This document shows, piece by piece, positions 15,743-24,625 of a stretch of 64,000 nt of DNA. The first letter of the stretch is position 1; each line of letters starts with the position of its first letter. Under the pieces are notes generated by a model. The model saw only the letters and a program-made list of their open reading frames with translations. It ran no database searches and was not told the DNA's origin. The DNA comes from an uncultured Bacteroidota bacterium (GTDB taxonomy: Bacteria > Bacteroidota > Ignavibacteria > UBA10030 > UBA6906), in the NCBI GenBank assembly GCA_963700635.1, contig CAVOYH010000001.1:256001-320000 (forward strand), written 5' to 3'. Both the position numbers and the translations under genes were made by a program.

Positions 15743-17161
15743 ATGAAGAAGCGTAAGAGCAGGACCACACGGGCGCCGCGCAAACCGGCAGTCGCCCGAA
15801 AGAAGACAAAAACCACCCGCCGCGCCGGCTCACGGCGTACGGTCGTTCATTCCCGCCTCAACCCCGCGCTGGTGTTCCCCGCTTTACGGAAACACATGCT
15901 CATTGACGGATTCGAGATCGTGATTGATCTGCAGCGCAGCAAAGGTTCGTTTATTGTTGACGCGCAGGACGGAAAACTCTATCTGGACTTCTTCACGTTT
16001 GTCGCGTCGTCGCCGGTCGGATTAAATCATCCCAAGATGACGTCGCCGGATTTTCTTGAGCACCTGGCATACGTGGCAGTGAACAAACCTTCAAATTCAG
16101 ACATTTACACTGCCGAACAGGCCGAATTCCTGGAGACCTTCTCCCGGGTCGGCATTCCATCATACCTCCCGCACGCGTTTTTTGTCGAAGGCGGCGCGCT
16201 GGGGGTGGAAAACGCCCTCAAAGCGTCGTTCGATTGGAAGATCAGAAAGAACTTCGCAAAAGGATACCGGGAAGAACGCGGGAAACAGGTGATTCATTTC
16301 CGGCATGCTTTTCACGGTCGGACGGGATACACATTATCGATGACCAACACGGATCCCGTGAAGACCGATTATTTCCCCAAGTTCGGTTGGCCCCGTGTGG
16401 ACAGCCCGATTCTCCGTTTTCCCCTCACCCCGGAAAACCTCGCGCAGGTGCAGCAGGAAGAGCAGAAGAGTCTGAACCAGATCAAGGACGCATTCCGGCA
16501 AAACAAAGACGATGTTGCCGCAATTATCATCGAAGCAATCCAGGGTGAAGGGGGAGACAATCACTTCCGCCCCGAGTTCTTCCGGGCGCTCCGACAACTG
16601 GCAGATGAAAATGAAGCCATGCTGATCATTGATGAAGTCCAAACCGGCATCGGCATGACGGGGAAGATGTGGGCCCATCAGCACTGGGGGGAGCCCGACA
16701 TGATCGCATTCGGCAAAAAAATGCAGGTGTGCGGTTTCCTCTGCGGTCGCCGGATCGACGAGGTGAAGGAAAATGTCTTCACGGTTCCAGGCCGCATTAA
16801 TTCAACCTGGGGCGGTAATCTGGTTGACATGGTCCGTGCCCAACGGTACCTGGAAATTATCGAAGAAGAGGATCTCGTCAGGAATGCCGCGGTTGTGGGA
16901 AAGTTTCTTCTGAAACGGCTCCAGGGACTGGCGGAGGAGTTCCCCGAGGTAATCTCAAATCCGCGAGGGCTCGGCCTCTTTGCGGCCGTGGACGTGGCCA
17001 CACCGGAAAAACGCACGGAAATTCGCAACGGGTGTTATAACCTGGGACTCATCCTGCTGCCCAGCGGCGAACGGGCGATCAGGTTCCGCCCGCCGTTGAC
17101 GGTCACCGAGGAGGAGATTGAGCTCGGAATAGAAATTATCCGGAAGGTGATGCAGCAGTAG
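15743..17161 (+). CDS. lat: L-lysine 6-aminotransferase (class III PLP enzyme)
   Basis: NKPSNSDIY, GALGVENALK, AFHGRTGY, IQGEGGD, DEVQTG, FGKK (PLP Lys), INSTWGG, RFRPPL. Confidence 0.93.
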   Translation: MKKRKSRTTRAPRKPAVARKKTKTTRRAGSRRTVVHSRLNPALVFPALRKHMLIDGFEIVIDLQRSKGSFIVDAQDGKLYLDFFTFVASSPVGLNHPKMTSPDFLEHLAYVAVNKPSNSDIYTAEQAEFLETFSRVGIPSYLPHAFFVEGGALGVENALKASFDWKIRKNFAKGYREERGKQVIHFRHAFHGRTGYTLSMTNTDPVKTDYFPKFGWPRVDSPILRFPLTPENLAQVQQEEQKSLNQIKDAFRQNKDDVAAIIIEAIQGEGGDNHFRPEFFRALRQLADENEAMLIIDEVQTGIGMTGKMWAHQHWGEPDMIAFGKKMQVCGFLCGRRIDEVKENVFTVPGRINSTWGGNLVDMVRAQRYLEIIEEEDLVRNAAVVGKFLLKRLQGLAEEFPEVISNPRGLGLFAAVDVATPEKRTEIRNGCYNLGLILLPSGERAIRFRPPLTVTEEEIELGIEIIRKVMQQ

Positions 17162-17188
17162 TCCTGTAACACAGTGCCACGTTCCAGC

Positions 17189-17228
17189 AGGGCCAGTAAC
17201 TACACCGGTAGCTTCTGGCCCTTTTTTT
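17189..17228 (+). terminator. Intrinsic terminator after lat
   Basis: AGGGCCAG...CTGGCCCT stem followed by a T-run, between convergent genes. Confidence 0.75.
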
Positions 17229-17251
17229 CGAGCTCCGACCGCTGCCCTGCC

Positions 17252-19048
17252 TCAGCGGAGCAGGATCATTTTGTTGCTCACCACCGACCGGCTTCCGTCC
17301 GCCCCCACGGCGGTGAATCGGCAGATGTATGTTCCCGCCGCTACGTGTACACCACCCGCGTCAGTCCCGTCCCAACGTACGGTGTACGTTCCGCCGACCT
17401 TCTGTCCGCGTACCAGCGTCAGGACCTCACGGCCCAGGATATCGTACACGGCAATGGAGACCCCGGATGGAACCGGGACGCCGTACACGATGACCGTTCC
17501 GGCGTTAAAGGGGTTTGGATAGTTTTGCCGCAGGAGATACGTTTCCGGAGGTACTGGTGATGTATTGGTGTCCGTGCCGCTTAACCTGTTATGCGCAGCG
17601 AGGGCGTTGAGGATCCCCCAACCCATCAGATTGTCGGGGGTGGATGCCCTGCTTGCCGTTTGTCGCATGGCGTCAACGATCACCATTGGAGGAAGGTTGG
17701 GATGCGCCTTCACCAGAAGTGCAGCAACACCGGCTGCAAGCGGGCAGGAGAAGGACGTTCCCTGGGCATTAAATCGATAGCCCGTGACTTGTGTTTCGCT
17801 TGCTACTGTCACGCTTGATCCGAGAGCCATCACGTCCGGCTTGAACCGCGGAGGAGCTGCTGTGGTCGGACCGACAGAGCTGAAGGAAGTCCGCTTCCCG
17901 CTCAGATCGACAGCTCCAACAGCAAGCACACTGTCCGCATCAGCCGGTGCGACAAGCGTATTGTGCGTTGGACTAAAACCTTCGTTCCCTGCCGAGTTCA
18001 CCACGAGAATCCCCTTGCGGACCGCCATGGCTGCTGCACGGCTGATGACGGTCGTCCTGCCGTCCATGTCTTCCCATGTCCAGCTGGTATATCCCGGATC
18101 GTACACATCGTATCCCAGAGAGGTGCTGGTAACCTGCACGCCGAGACTGTCGGCCCATTCAATGGCCCGCACCCATTTATCCTCTTCGAGAGGTGTTTCA
18201 CTGCTGTCGTTTTCGGTCCGGGCCAGAATGTAACTCGCGCCGTAGGCCGGACCGATCAGCTGACCGGGTTTGAATCCGCCGATGGTGGAGAGGGTATTGA
18301 CCCCATGGTCGCCGAAGGAGGTGTTGGGATTGTTCGGTACAACGCTCACCTTGTAGTCGACAAAATCGTATGTGGCGATGATATTCATCGAGGCAAACGC
18401 CTCGTGGTTGAGGAGACGGAATCCGTTGTCGAAAACGCCCACGATCACACCCTGGGCACTATTACCGAGATCATGGAGCGCCGGCACATTAATCTGCGTG
18501 ACCTGATTCACCGACGGACCGTAGTCCAGTGCATGAGCACTCGTCGTTTTGGGCATGGACGACGGAGCGGCTGGAGTTTCCGACACGGGAGGAGGAGGAT
18601 GAGACCGCCTGGACCGGCCGACGAGTTCGATCTCGCGTACAAACGGCAAGGCTGCAATGGCAACAATCTGCCCGGCGGTTGCCTGGATACTTACCGCGTT
18701 GAACCATTTCGAGCTATGCCGCAGGACAGCACCGGTGGCGCTGAGCCGGGCAACATATGATTCATCAACGGGGAGATCCGAGTATTCGACAAGGGCATCG
18801 GGAGGCAGCACATTCGCACGCCGGCGGAGGGAGTGTTCAGTGACGACGGAATACGGGACGGAGGATTTCAACAACTCCCCTCCTCCTTTGTCAGCGAGGT
18901 ATACCCACACCAGCTGATTGGAAGTCTTGTCTGAACTGTTAAGCACGCCGGAGAGTTGTGGTCCGATTATTCCCTTTGCGGCGATGGATGGAACGGCAAG
19001 AAGGGAAAAAAGGGCCACAATAAGCATATTTTTAAACAAGAACCTCAT
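17252..19048 (-). CDS. Secreted S8 (subtilisin-like) serine peptidase with T9SS-type C-terminal domain
   Basis: Signal peptide. Triad GVFDNG / DHG / GTSFSCP, oxyanion SAGNEG. C-terminal QNYPNPFN...YDILGREV...WDG...KMILLR. Confidence 0.92.
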   Translation of the reverse strand: MRFLFKNMLIVALFSLLAVPSIAAKGIIGPQLSGVLNSSDKTSNQLVWVYLADKGGGELLKSSVPYSVVTEHSLRRRANVLPPDALVEYSDLPVDESYVARLSATGAVLRHSSKWFNAVSIQATAGQIVAIAALPFVREIELVGRSRRSHPPPPVSETPAAPSSMPKTTSAHALDYGPSVNQVTQINVPALHDLGNSAQGVIVGVFDNGFRLLNHEAFASMNIIATYDFVDYKVSVVPNNPNTSFGDHGVNTLSTIGGFKPGQLIGPAYGASYILARTENDSSETPLEEDKWVRAIEWADSLGVQVTSTSLGYDVYDPGYTSWTWEDMDGRTTVISRAAAMAVRKGILVVNSAGNEGFSPTHNTLVAPADADSVLAVGAVDLSGKRTSFSSVGPTTAAPPRFKPDVMALGSSVTVASETQVTGYRFNAQGTSFSCPLAAGVAALLVKAHPNLPPMVIVDAMRQTASRASTPDNLMGWGILNALAAHNRLSGTDTNTSPVPPETYLLRQNYPNPFNAGTVIVYGVPVPSGVSIAVYDILGREVLTLVRGQKVGGTYTVRWDGTDAGGVHVAAGTYICRFTAVGADGSRSVVSNKMILLR

Positions 19049-19092
19049 ACGAATCTTCTCTCAGGTACTCGTGTCACGGTGATTGCTACCAG

Positions 19093-19121
19093 AGGATAAC
19101 AATTCAGCATGGAATTTGCAA
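19093..19121 (-). promoter_or_regulatory. Putative sigma70 promoter of the S8 peptidase gene
   Basis: Minus strand TTGCAA-17 nt-TATCCT with extended TG. Confidence 0.5.
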
Positions 19122-19159
19122 GGGATGAGCCGCCGCGAACGGCCGCGGGGTTGATCTCC

Positions 19160-19188
19160 TTGAATCCCATTTCTCCCTTTTGTACCTT
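19160..19188 (+). promoter_or_regulatory. Putative sigma70 promoter of nadE (leaderless)
   Basis: TTGAAT-17 nt-TACCTT, 6 nt before ATG 19195, with no SD. Confidence 0.55.
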
Positions 19189-19194
19189 AGCGCC

Positions 19195-20037
19195 ATGGAA
19201 ACAGTCTCAAAAGTTGAACTGGGCGGGCTGCTCAATCCGCACACGGTGGAACGGATTCTCGTGGATTTCCTTCGCGATGAAACACACAACGCGGGATTCC
19301 GGCGGGGTGTGATCGGGCTGTCCGGCGGAGTGGATTCAGCAGTCTGTGCGGCACTTGCCGTCCGGGCGCTGGGCGCCGATCATGTGCTCGGCGTGATCCT
19401 GCCACATCATACAAGCTCACCGGAAAGCCGGACCGATGCAGAACTTGTGGCGGCGGACCTTCGCATAAAAACCGACGTGCTGGATATCTCCCCGATGGTC
19501 GATCCGTATCTTTCGGGCGCTTCCGTGACCGACCATATCCGGGCAGGCAATGTGATGGCCCGTGCCCGGATGATCGTCCTGTATGATATCTCCCGACGCG
19601 AGCAAGCTCTGGTGTACGGGACATCGAACAAGACTGAATTGCTCCTTGGCTACGGTACCCAGTTTGGCGACATGGCATCCGCGCTCAACCCCCTGGGTGA
19701 TCTGTACAAGACGCAGATCTGGCAACTTGCGCTGCACCTCGGTCTGCCGGAGCGTGTGCGATTGAAGACCCCTTCGGCCGACCTCTGGGCGGGCCAAACA
19801 GACGAGGGAGAACTGGGATTTACGTACGCTGAAGTTGATCGCTTGCTCTATCTTATGGTCGATGACCGCAGGACAGATGCCGAATTACTCGGGGCTGGAT
19901 TCGCCGGGCCGTTCATACAGCAAGTTCGGAGCATGGTGAGCAGCAGCCAGTTTAAGCGCCGTATGCCATTGATCGCAAAAATCTCTCACCGCACCGTGAA
20001 TGTGGATTTTCGCTATGCGAGGGACTGGGGTCTATGA
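19195..20037 (+). CDS. nadE: NH3-dependent NAD+ synthetase
   Basis: GLSGGVDS, GNVMARARM, GTSNKTE..LGYGT..GD, DLYKTQ, PSADLW.GQTDE. No glutaminase domain. Confidence 0.95.
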   Translation: METVSKVELGGLLNPHTVERILVDFLRDETHNAGFRRGVIGLSGGVDSAVCAALAVRALGADHVLGVILPHHTSSPESRTDAELVAADLRIKTDVLDISPMVDPYLSGASVTDHIRAGNVMARARMIVLYDISRREQALVYGTSNKTELLLGYGTQFGDMASALNPLGDLYKTQIWQLALHLGLPERVRLKTPSADLWAGQTDEGELGFTYAEVDRLLYLMVDDRRTDAELLGAGFAGPFIQQVRSMVSSSQFKRRMPLIAKISHRTVNVDFRYARDWGL

Positions 20038-20777
20038 GCGAGACGATCCAGCCCGGCGTGCTGTATGTCGTCTCCACCCCCATTGGCAATCTTGAGGATA
20101 TCACGTTCCGGGCGGTGAAGATCCTCGGTGGTGTGGATCTGATAGCGGCGGAGGACACCCGGACGACCCGGATCCTGCTGAACCATCTTGGCATCGACAA
20201 ACCGCTGGTCAGCTATTATATCCACAATGAGTTACGGCGAATTCCGGAGTTGGTGCGCCGCCTTCAGGAGGGGAGCGCCGTGGCGGTCGTCACTGACGCC
20301 GGCACCCCGGGTATTTCTGATCCTGCGTTTGCCCTGATACGCGCTGTGCACCTGGAGAATATAAGGGTGGTCCCCGTGCCGGGTGCCAGTGCAGTCCTTG
20401 CAGCGCTGGTCGCGAGCGGGTTGCCCACGGATCGGTTTGTGTTTGAGGGATTCCTGCCGCATAAAAAGGGGAGGAAAACACGCATCGCGCAGCTGATGCT
20501 CGAGACCCGCACCATTGTGCTGTACGAATCGCCCCACCGGATCGAGCGCACGCTTGCCGAGTTGGCGGAACAATGGGGAGGACGCAGAGCTGCGCTTGTG
20601 CGTGAGCTCACGAAGAAGTTTGAAGAGGTGCGTCGGGGGAGTCTGGTCGATCTTCTCAACGGGGTGCGGGAAAAGCCGCCGAAAGGCGAGATTGTCCTGG
20701 TCCTTGATGGCTGTGAAGATCGCGCCACGCCGACCGGGAACAAGAGTATCGAAAAAAAGGATGTGTACCATGGCTAA
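20034..20777 (+). CDS. rsmI: 16S rRNA (cytidine-1402-2'-O)-methyltransferase
   Basis: LYVVSTPIGNLEDIT.RA, AEDTR, DAGTPGISDP, FEGFLP, YESPHR, RELTK.FEE. Confidence 0.96.
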   Translation: MSETIQPGVLYVVSTPIGNLEDITFRAVKILGGVDLIAAEDTRTTRILLNHLGIDKPLVSYYIHNELRRIPELVRRLQEGSAVAVVTDAGTPGISDPAFALIRAVHLENIRVVPVPGASAVLAALVASGLPTDRFVFEGFLPHKKGRKTRIAQLMLETRTIVLYESPHRIERTLAELAEQWGGRRAALVRELTKKFEEVRRGSLVDLLNGVREKPPKGEIVLVLDGCEDRATPTGNKSIEKKDVYHG

Positions 20778-22315
20778 GAAGACAACGCCATTGCGCCTGC
20801 ACAACACACGCCACCCGGTGGTATTGGAAATACCTGTTCGGGTTTTTTTGCATGAACTTTCTGCAGCGGCGGGCACCCCGGTGACGCTCGCGGAGATTCC
20901 CGAAGAAGTGCTGGACGAATGGTCTGCTCTGGGTCTGGATGCAGTCTGGCTTATGGGCGTGTGGGCAACGGGTGACGTGGGGCGGCAGCTTGCACGTGAA
21001 TATCCCGGGATGATGGATGTGTACCGCGGGGCGCTGCCTGATGTTGGTCCGGATGACATTCTCGGATCACCCTATGCGGTGCAGGAGTATCGGGTTGCGC
21101 CGGCGTTCGGAGGCGGTCTGGCATTACGAGCATTACGACGGCGTCTGGCACGGAGGGGAATCGGGATCTTCCTCGACTATGTGTGCAACCACACGGCGCG
21201 TGATCACAAGTGGGTGAAGCAGCACCCGGACTATTATATCCATCGTGATCCTTCCGTGAACCCCGCGCCGTTGCAGGGTGCATTCTCCGCGCAAACTACC
21301 AGAGGTGAACGCTGGATCGCACACGGACGTGATCCGTTGTTTCCCGAGTGGGAGGACACCGCGCAATTAAATCCCAGGTCGGCCCCGGCACGCGCCGCGA
21401 TGGTCGCTCAGATGAAGAAAATTGCAGGCATGTGCGACGGCGTACGCTGCGACATGGCGATGCTCCTGCTTTCTGATGTCTTCACACGGACCTGGGGGGA
21501 ACAGGGAATACCGGATTCCGGGGACGTGGCGGAAGGTGAATTCTGGAAGGAAGCGATCGAGGCGGTCCTGAAGGGGAAGCCTGAATTCCTGTTCATTGCA
21601 GAAGCCTACTGGGATCGTCAGTGGGACTTGCAGCAGCTTGGTTTTCACTTCACCTATGACAAGACGCTCTACGACCGGCTTCTCAGGGAAGGCGCGGCGG
21701 CAGTGGGTGATCATTTGAAGGCAGATCTGTCATATCAGCAGCACAGTCTGCGTTTTCTGGAGAATCACGACGAGGAACGGGTGGCCAGGCTAATTCCATC
21801 GGAGCCGTGGCATTTTGCTGCTGCTGCGGTCGTTGCCACTGTGCCAGGGATGTTTCTGGTTCATGACGGCCAGATGGAAGGGAGAGCCATCAGCAGTGCC
21901 GGTGCAGTTGCGCAGACGGGTGGAAGAGGCGCCCAATGCCCGCACGCATGCGTTTTACCGGGAGTTGTTGGGGACAATAGACCATCCGGTGTTCAGAAGG
22001 GGAGAATGGCGTTTGCTTACGATACGGCCGGCGTGGCACGACAATTATACGTGTCAGAATTTTTTGAGTTACTGGTGGCATGAACCTCTCCACGGGCACC
22101 GATTTGTCGTCATCAACTATGCTCCTCACGGTGGTCAATGTTATGTTGATCTCCCCTTTGAGCTTCTTGAAGGGAATCTGCTCGAGTTCCGGGATCTCCT
22201 GGGCAGTTCCACGTATGTACGCGAACGGTCCGCGATACAGACCAAAGGGATGTACTTTGATCTTTCCGGTTACGGGTTTCACATCTTCGAGGTAACAGAA
22301 GCGCACAAGCAGTAA
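20770..22315 (+). CDS. GH13 alpha-amylase family protein, split by a +1 frameshift near 21892-21895
   Basis: GSPYAV..Y, LDYVCNH, GVRCDMAM, AEAYW, FLENHDE. The frame switches between EGRAI and VPVQLRRR. Removing one base gives a continuous 514-aa ORF. Confidence 0.85.
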
Positions 22316-22329
22316 GAGTCAGGAAGCTC

Positions 22330-22359
22330 AAAAGGGCCTTGACATTAGCCCTTTTTTTT
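22330..22359 (+). terminator. Intrinsic terminator after GH13, overlapping the groES promoter
   Basis: AAAAGGGC-10 nt loop-GCCCTTTT, continuing into a T8 run. Confidence 0.65.
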
Positions 22360-22366
22360 GTATATT
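22339..22366 (+). promoter_or_regulatory. Sigma70 promoter of groESL
   Basis: TTGACA-16 nt-TATATT immediately upstream of CIRCE. Confidence 0.8.
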
Positions 22367-22367
22367 G

Positions 22368-22394
22368 TTAGCACTCGCCATCGATGAGTGCTAA
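22368..22394 (+). promoter_or_regulatory. CIRCE element (HrcA operator)
   Basis: Perfect TTAGCACTC-N9-GAGTGCTAA upstream of groES. Confidence 0.97.
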
Positions 22395-22454
22395 TGCCAG
22401 AATTTGATCGTTGTAACTCGTTTATTATCAATATCTTACAAAACAGGAGGTAGT

Positions 22455-22739
22455 ATGAAGATAAAGCCGTTGGCCGATCGTGTCGTTATCAAGCCTTCCC
22501 CCGCGGAAGAAAAGACCAAGGGAGGGATCATCCTGCCTGACACCGCAAAGGAGAAGCCTGTGGTGGGTGAAGTTGTGGCTGTCGGACCGGGTAAAGTGAC
22601 TGATGACGGCAAGAAGGTTGCGCCGGAAGTGAAAGTCGGCGACAAAGTGCTCTACGGAAAATACTCGGGCACAGAGGTGACCGTCGAAGGTGATGAATAT
22701 CTTATCATGCGTGAAGCGGATATCTTCGCAATCGTCTGA
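22455..22739 (+). CDS. groES: Co-chaperonin GroES
   Basis: [12 protein letters not shown]...[15 protein letters not shown]...[16 protein letters not shown]. Confidence 0.98.
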   Translation: MKIKPLADRVVIKPSPAEEKTKGGIILPDTAKEKPVVGEVVAVGPGKVTDDGKKVAPEVKVGDKVLYGKYSGTEVTVEGDEYLIMREADIFAIV

Positions 22740-22784
22740 AGTAGCGGACACGAGAATCTGATTACATAACACAGGAGAAGTACA

Positions 22785-24432
22785 ATGGCTGCAAAACTAA
22801 TTAACTTCGACGTCGAGGCGCGGTCCGCCCTGAAGACGGGGTGTGGATCAGCTCGCGAACGCGGTGAAGGTTACTCTCGGCCCGAAGGGTCGCAACGTCG
22901 TCATCGACAAAAAATTCGGTGCGCCGACCGTCACCAAAGACGGTGTTACGGTCGCAAAGGAAATTGAGCTCGAAAATCCGCTTGAGAACATGGGCGCCCA
23001 GATGGTGCGTGAGGTTGCTTCAAAAACCTCCGATGTTGCAGGTGACGGCACCACCACGGCCACCGTGCTTGCCCAGGCGATTGTGCGTGAAGGACTTGAA
23101 GAACGTGGCGGCCGGTGCCAACCCGATGGACCTGAAGCGCGGCATCGATATGGCCGTGACGAAGGTCGTGGAAGGACTCGAAGGAACTCAGCAAGCCGGT
23201 CGACAAGACCAGCAAGAAGGAAATTGCGCAGGTCGGCTCCATCTCCGCCAATAACGATGTCGTCATCGGCGACCTTATTGCCGATGCGATGATGAAGGTC
23301 GGAACCGATGGCGTTATCACCGTGGAAGAAGCCAAAGGAACAGATACGAACATCGAAGTGGTCGAAGGTATGCAGTTCGACCGCGGATATATGTCTCCGT
23401 ACTTCGTGACGGATGCAGAGACCATGGAAGCGGTGCTGGAAAACGCAGATCCTGCTGATCCACGACAAGAAGATCTCCGCAATGAAGGACCTGCTCCCGA
23501 TCCTGGAAAAAGTTGCACAAACAGGCTCGCCGCTGCTCGTCATCGCCGAAGATCTGGAAGGCGAAGCGCTTGCGACACTCGTGGTCAACAAGCTGCGCGG
23601 CACGCTCCGCGTGACAGCGGTGAAGGCACCGGGCTTCGGCGACCGCCGCAAGGCAATGCTCGAGGATATCGCCATCCTCACCGGCGGCACGGTCATCTCC
23701 GAAGAGCAGGGCTACAAGCTGGAGAACGCCACGCTGAGTTATCTCGGCAAGGCGAAAAAAGTTGTGGTGGACAAAGACAACACCACAATCGTTGAGGGCG
23801 CGGGCAAGAAGGAAGACATCAAGAAACGCATCAACGAGATCCACGCACAGATCGAAAAGACAACATCCGACTACGACCGCGAGAAACTGCAGGAACGCCT
23901 TGCAAAACTCTCCGGCGGCGTCGCGGTGCTCAAGATCGGTGCGGCCACGGAAGTGGAGATGAAGGAAAAGAAGGCGCGCGTGGAAGATGCACTCCATGCC
24001 ACCCGCGCGGCTGTCGAAGAAGGGATCGTGCCCGGCGGCGGAGTTGCATACCTGCGCGCTGCAGCAAAACTTGATACCCTGAAACCGGCAAACGATGACC
24101 AGGCAACCGGCATCGAGATCATCCGACGCTCCGTCGAAGAGCCCATCCGGCTCATCGTCGAAAACGCCGGCCACGAAGGTTCCGTCGTGGTGAACAAAGT
24201 AAAAGAAGGCAAAGACGATTATGGCTTTAATGCCTTCAACGACCAGTACGAAAACCTGGTGAAGTCCGGTGTGATCGATCCGACCAAGGTTGCCCGTACG
24301 GCGCTTGAAAATGCCGCATCCGTGGCAGCGTTACTTCTGATGACGGAAGCGACAATCGTCGAGAAGCCCAAAGAAGAAAAAGCCCCGCCGATGATGCCCC
24401 CTGGCGGCGGTGGTATGGGCGACATGTACTAA
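22785..24432 (+). CDS. groEL: Chaperonin GroEL, interrupted by four +1 frameshifts (about 22836, 23097, 23180, 23448)
   Basis: [53 protein letters not shown] and a GGM tail are spread over successive frames. Removing 4 nt restores a 547-aa ORF. Confidence 0.93.
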
Positions 24433-24465
24433 ACCGCAATCTTCTCTGCGGCTCCGTGTCCAATC

Positions 24466-24506
24466 CCCCCTCCCCGGCCCTTATGCCGGCGGAGGGGTTT
24501 TTATTT
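24466..24506 (+). terminator. Intrinsic terminator after groEL
   Basis: CCCCTCC-CCGGC / GCCGG-C-GGAGGGG stem followed by TTTTTATTT. Confidence 0.8.
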
Positions 24507-24507
24507 C

Positions 24508-24536
24508 TTGACAAATCCCACAGGATTTCGTAGATT
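24508..24536 (+). promoter_or_regulatory. Sigma70 promoter of the TetR-efflux operon
   Basis: TTGACA-17 nt-TAGATT. Confidence 0.75.
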
Positions 24537-24564
24537 GGAAACCAAGAAAACGAAATGGGTTTCC
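24537..24564. promoter_or_regulatory. Putative TetR operator 1
   Basis: GGAAACC-N14-GGTTTCC palindrome directly after the -10 box. Confidence 0.65.
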
Positions 24565-24597
24565 TGTGCTTGTGGGGTCCTTTTTTTTGGAACTTTC

Positions 24598-24625
24598 GGA
24601 AACCAAAGAAACCAAGGGAGTTTCC
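24598..24625. promoter_or_regulatory. Putative TetR operator 2
   Basis: GGAAAC-N16-GTTTCC, same 28-bp length and similar spacer to operator 1. Abuts ATG 24626. Confidence 0.6.

Noticed and set aside
22785-24432. groEL as a true pseudogene or programmed frameshift gene
   Set aside because: The corrected ORF is full length with intact motifs and regulatory signals, and the indel sites are not slippery sequences. Sequencing error is more parsimonious.
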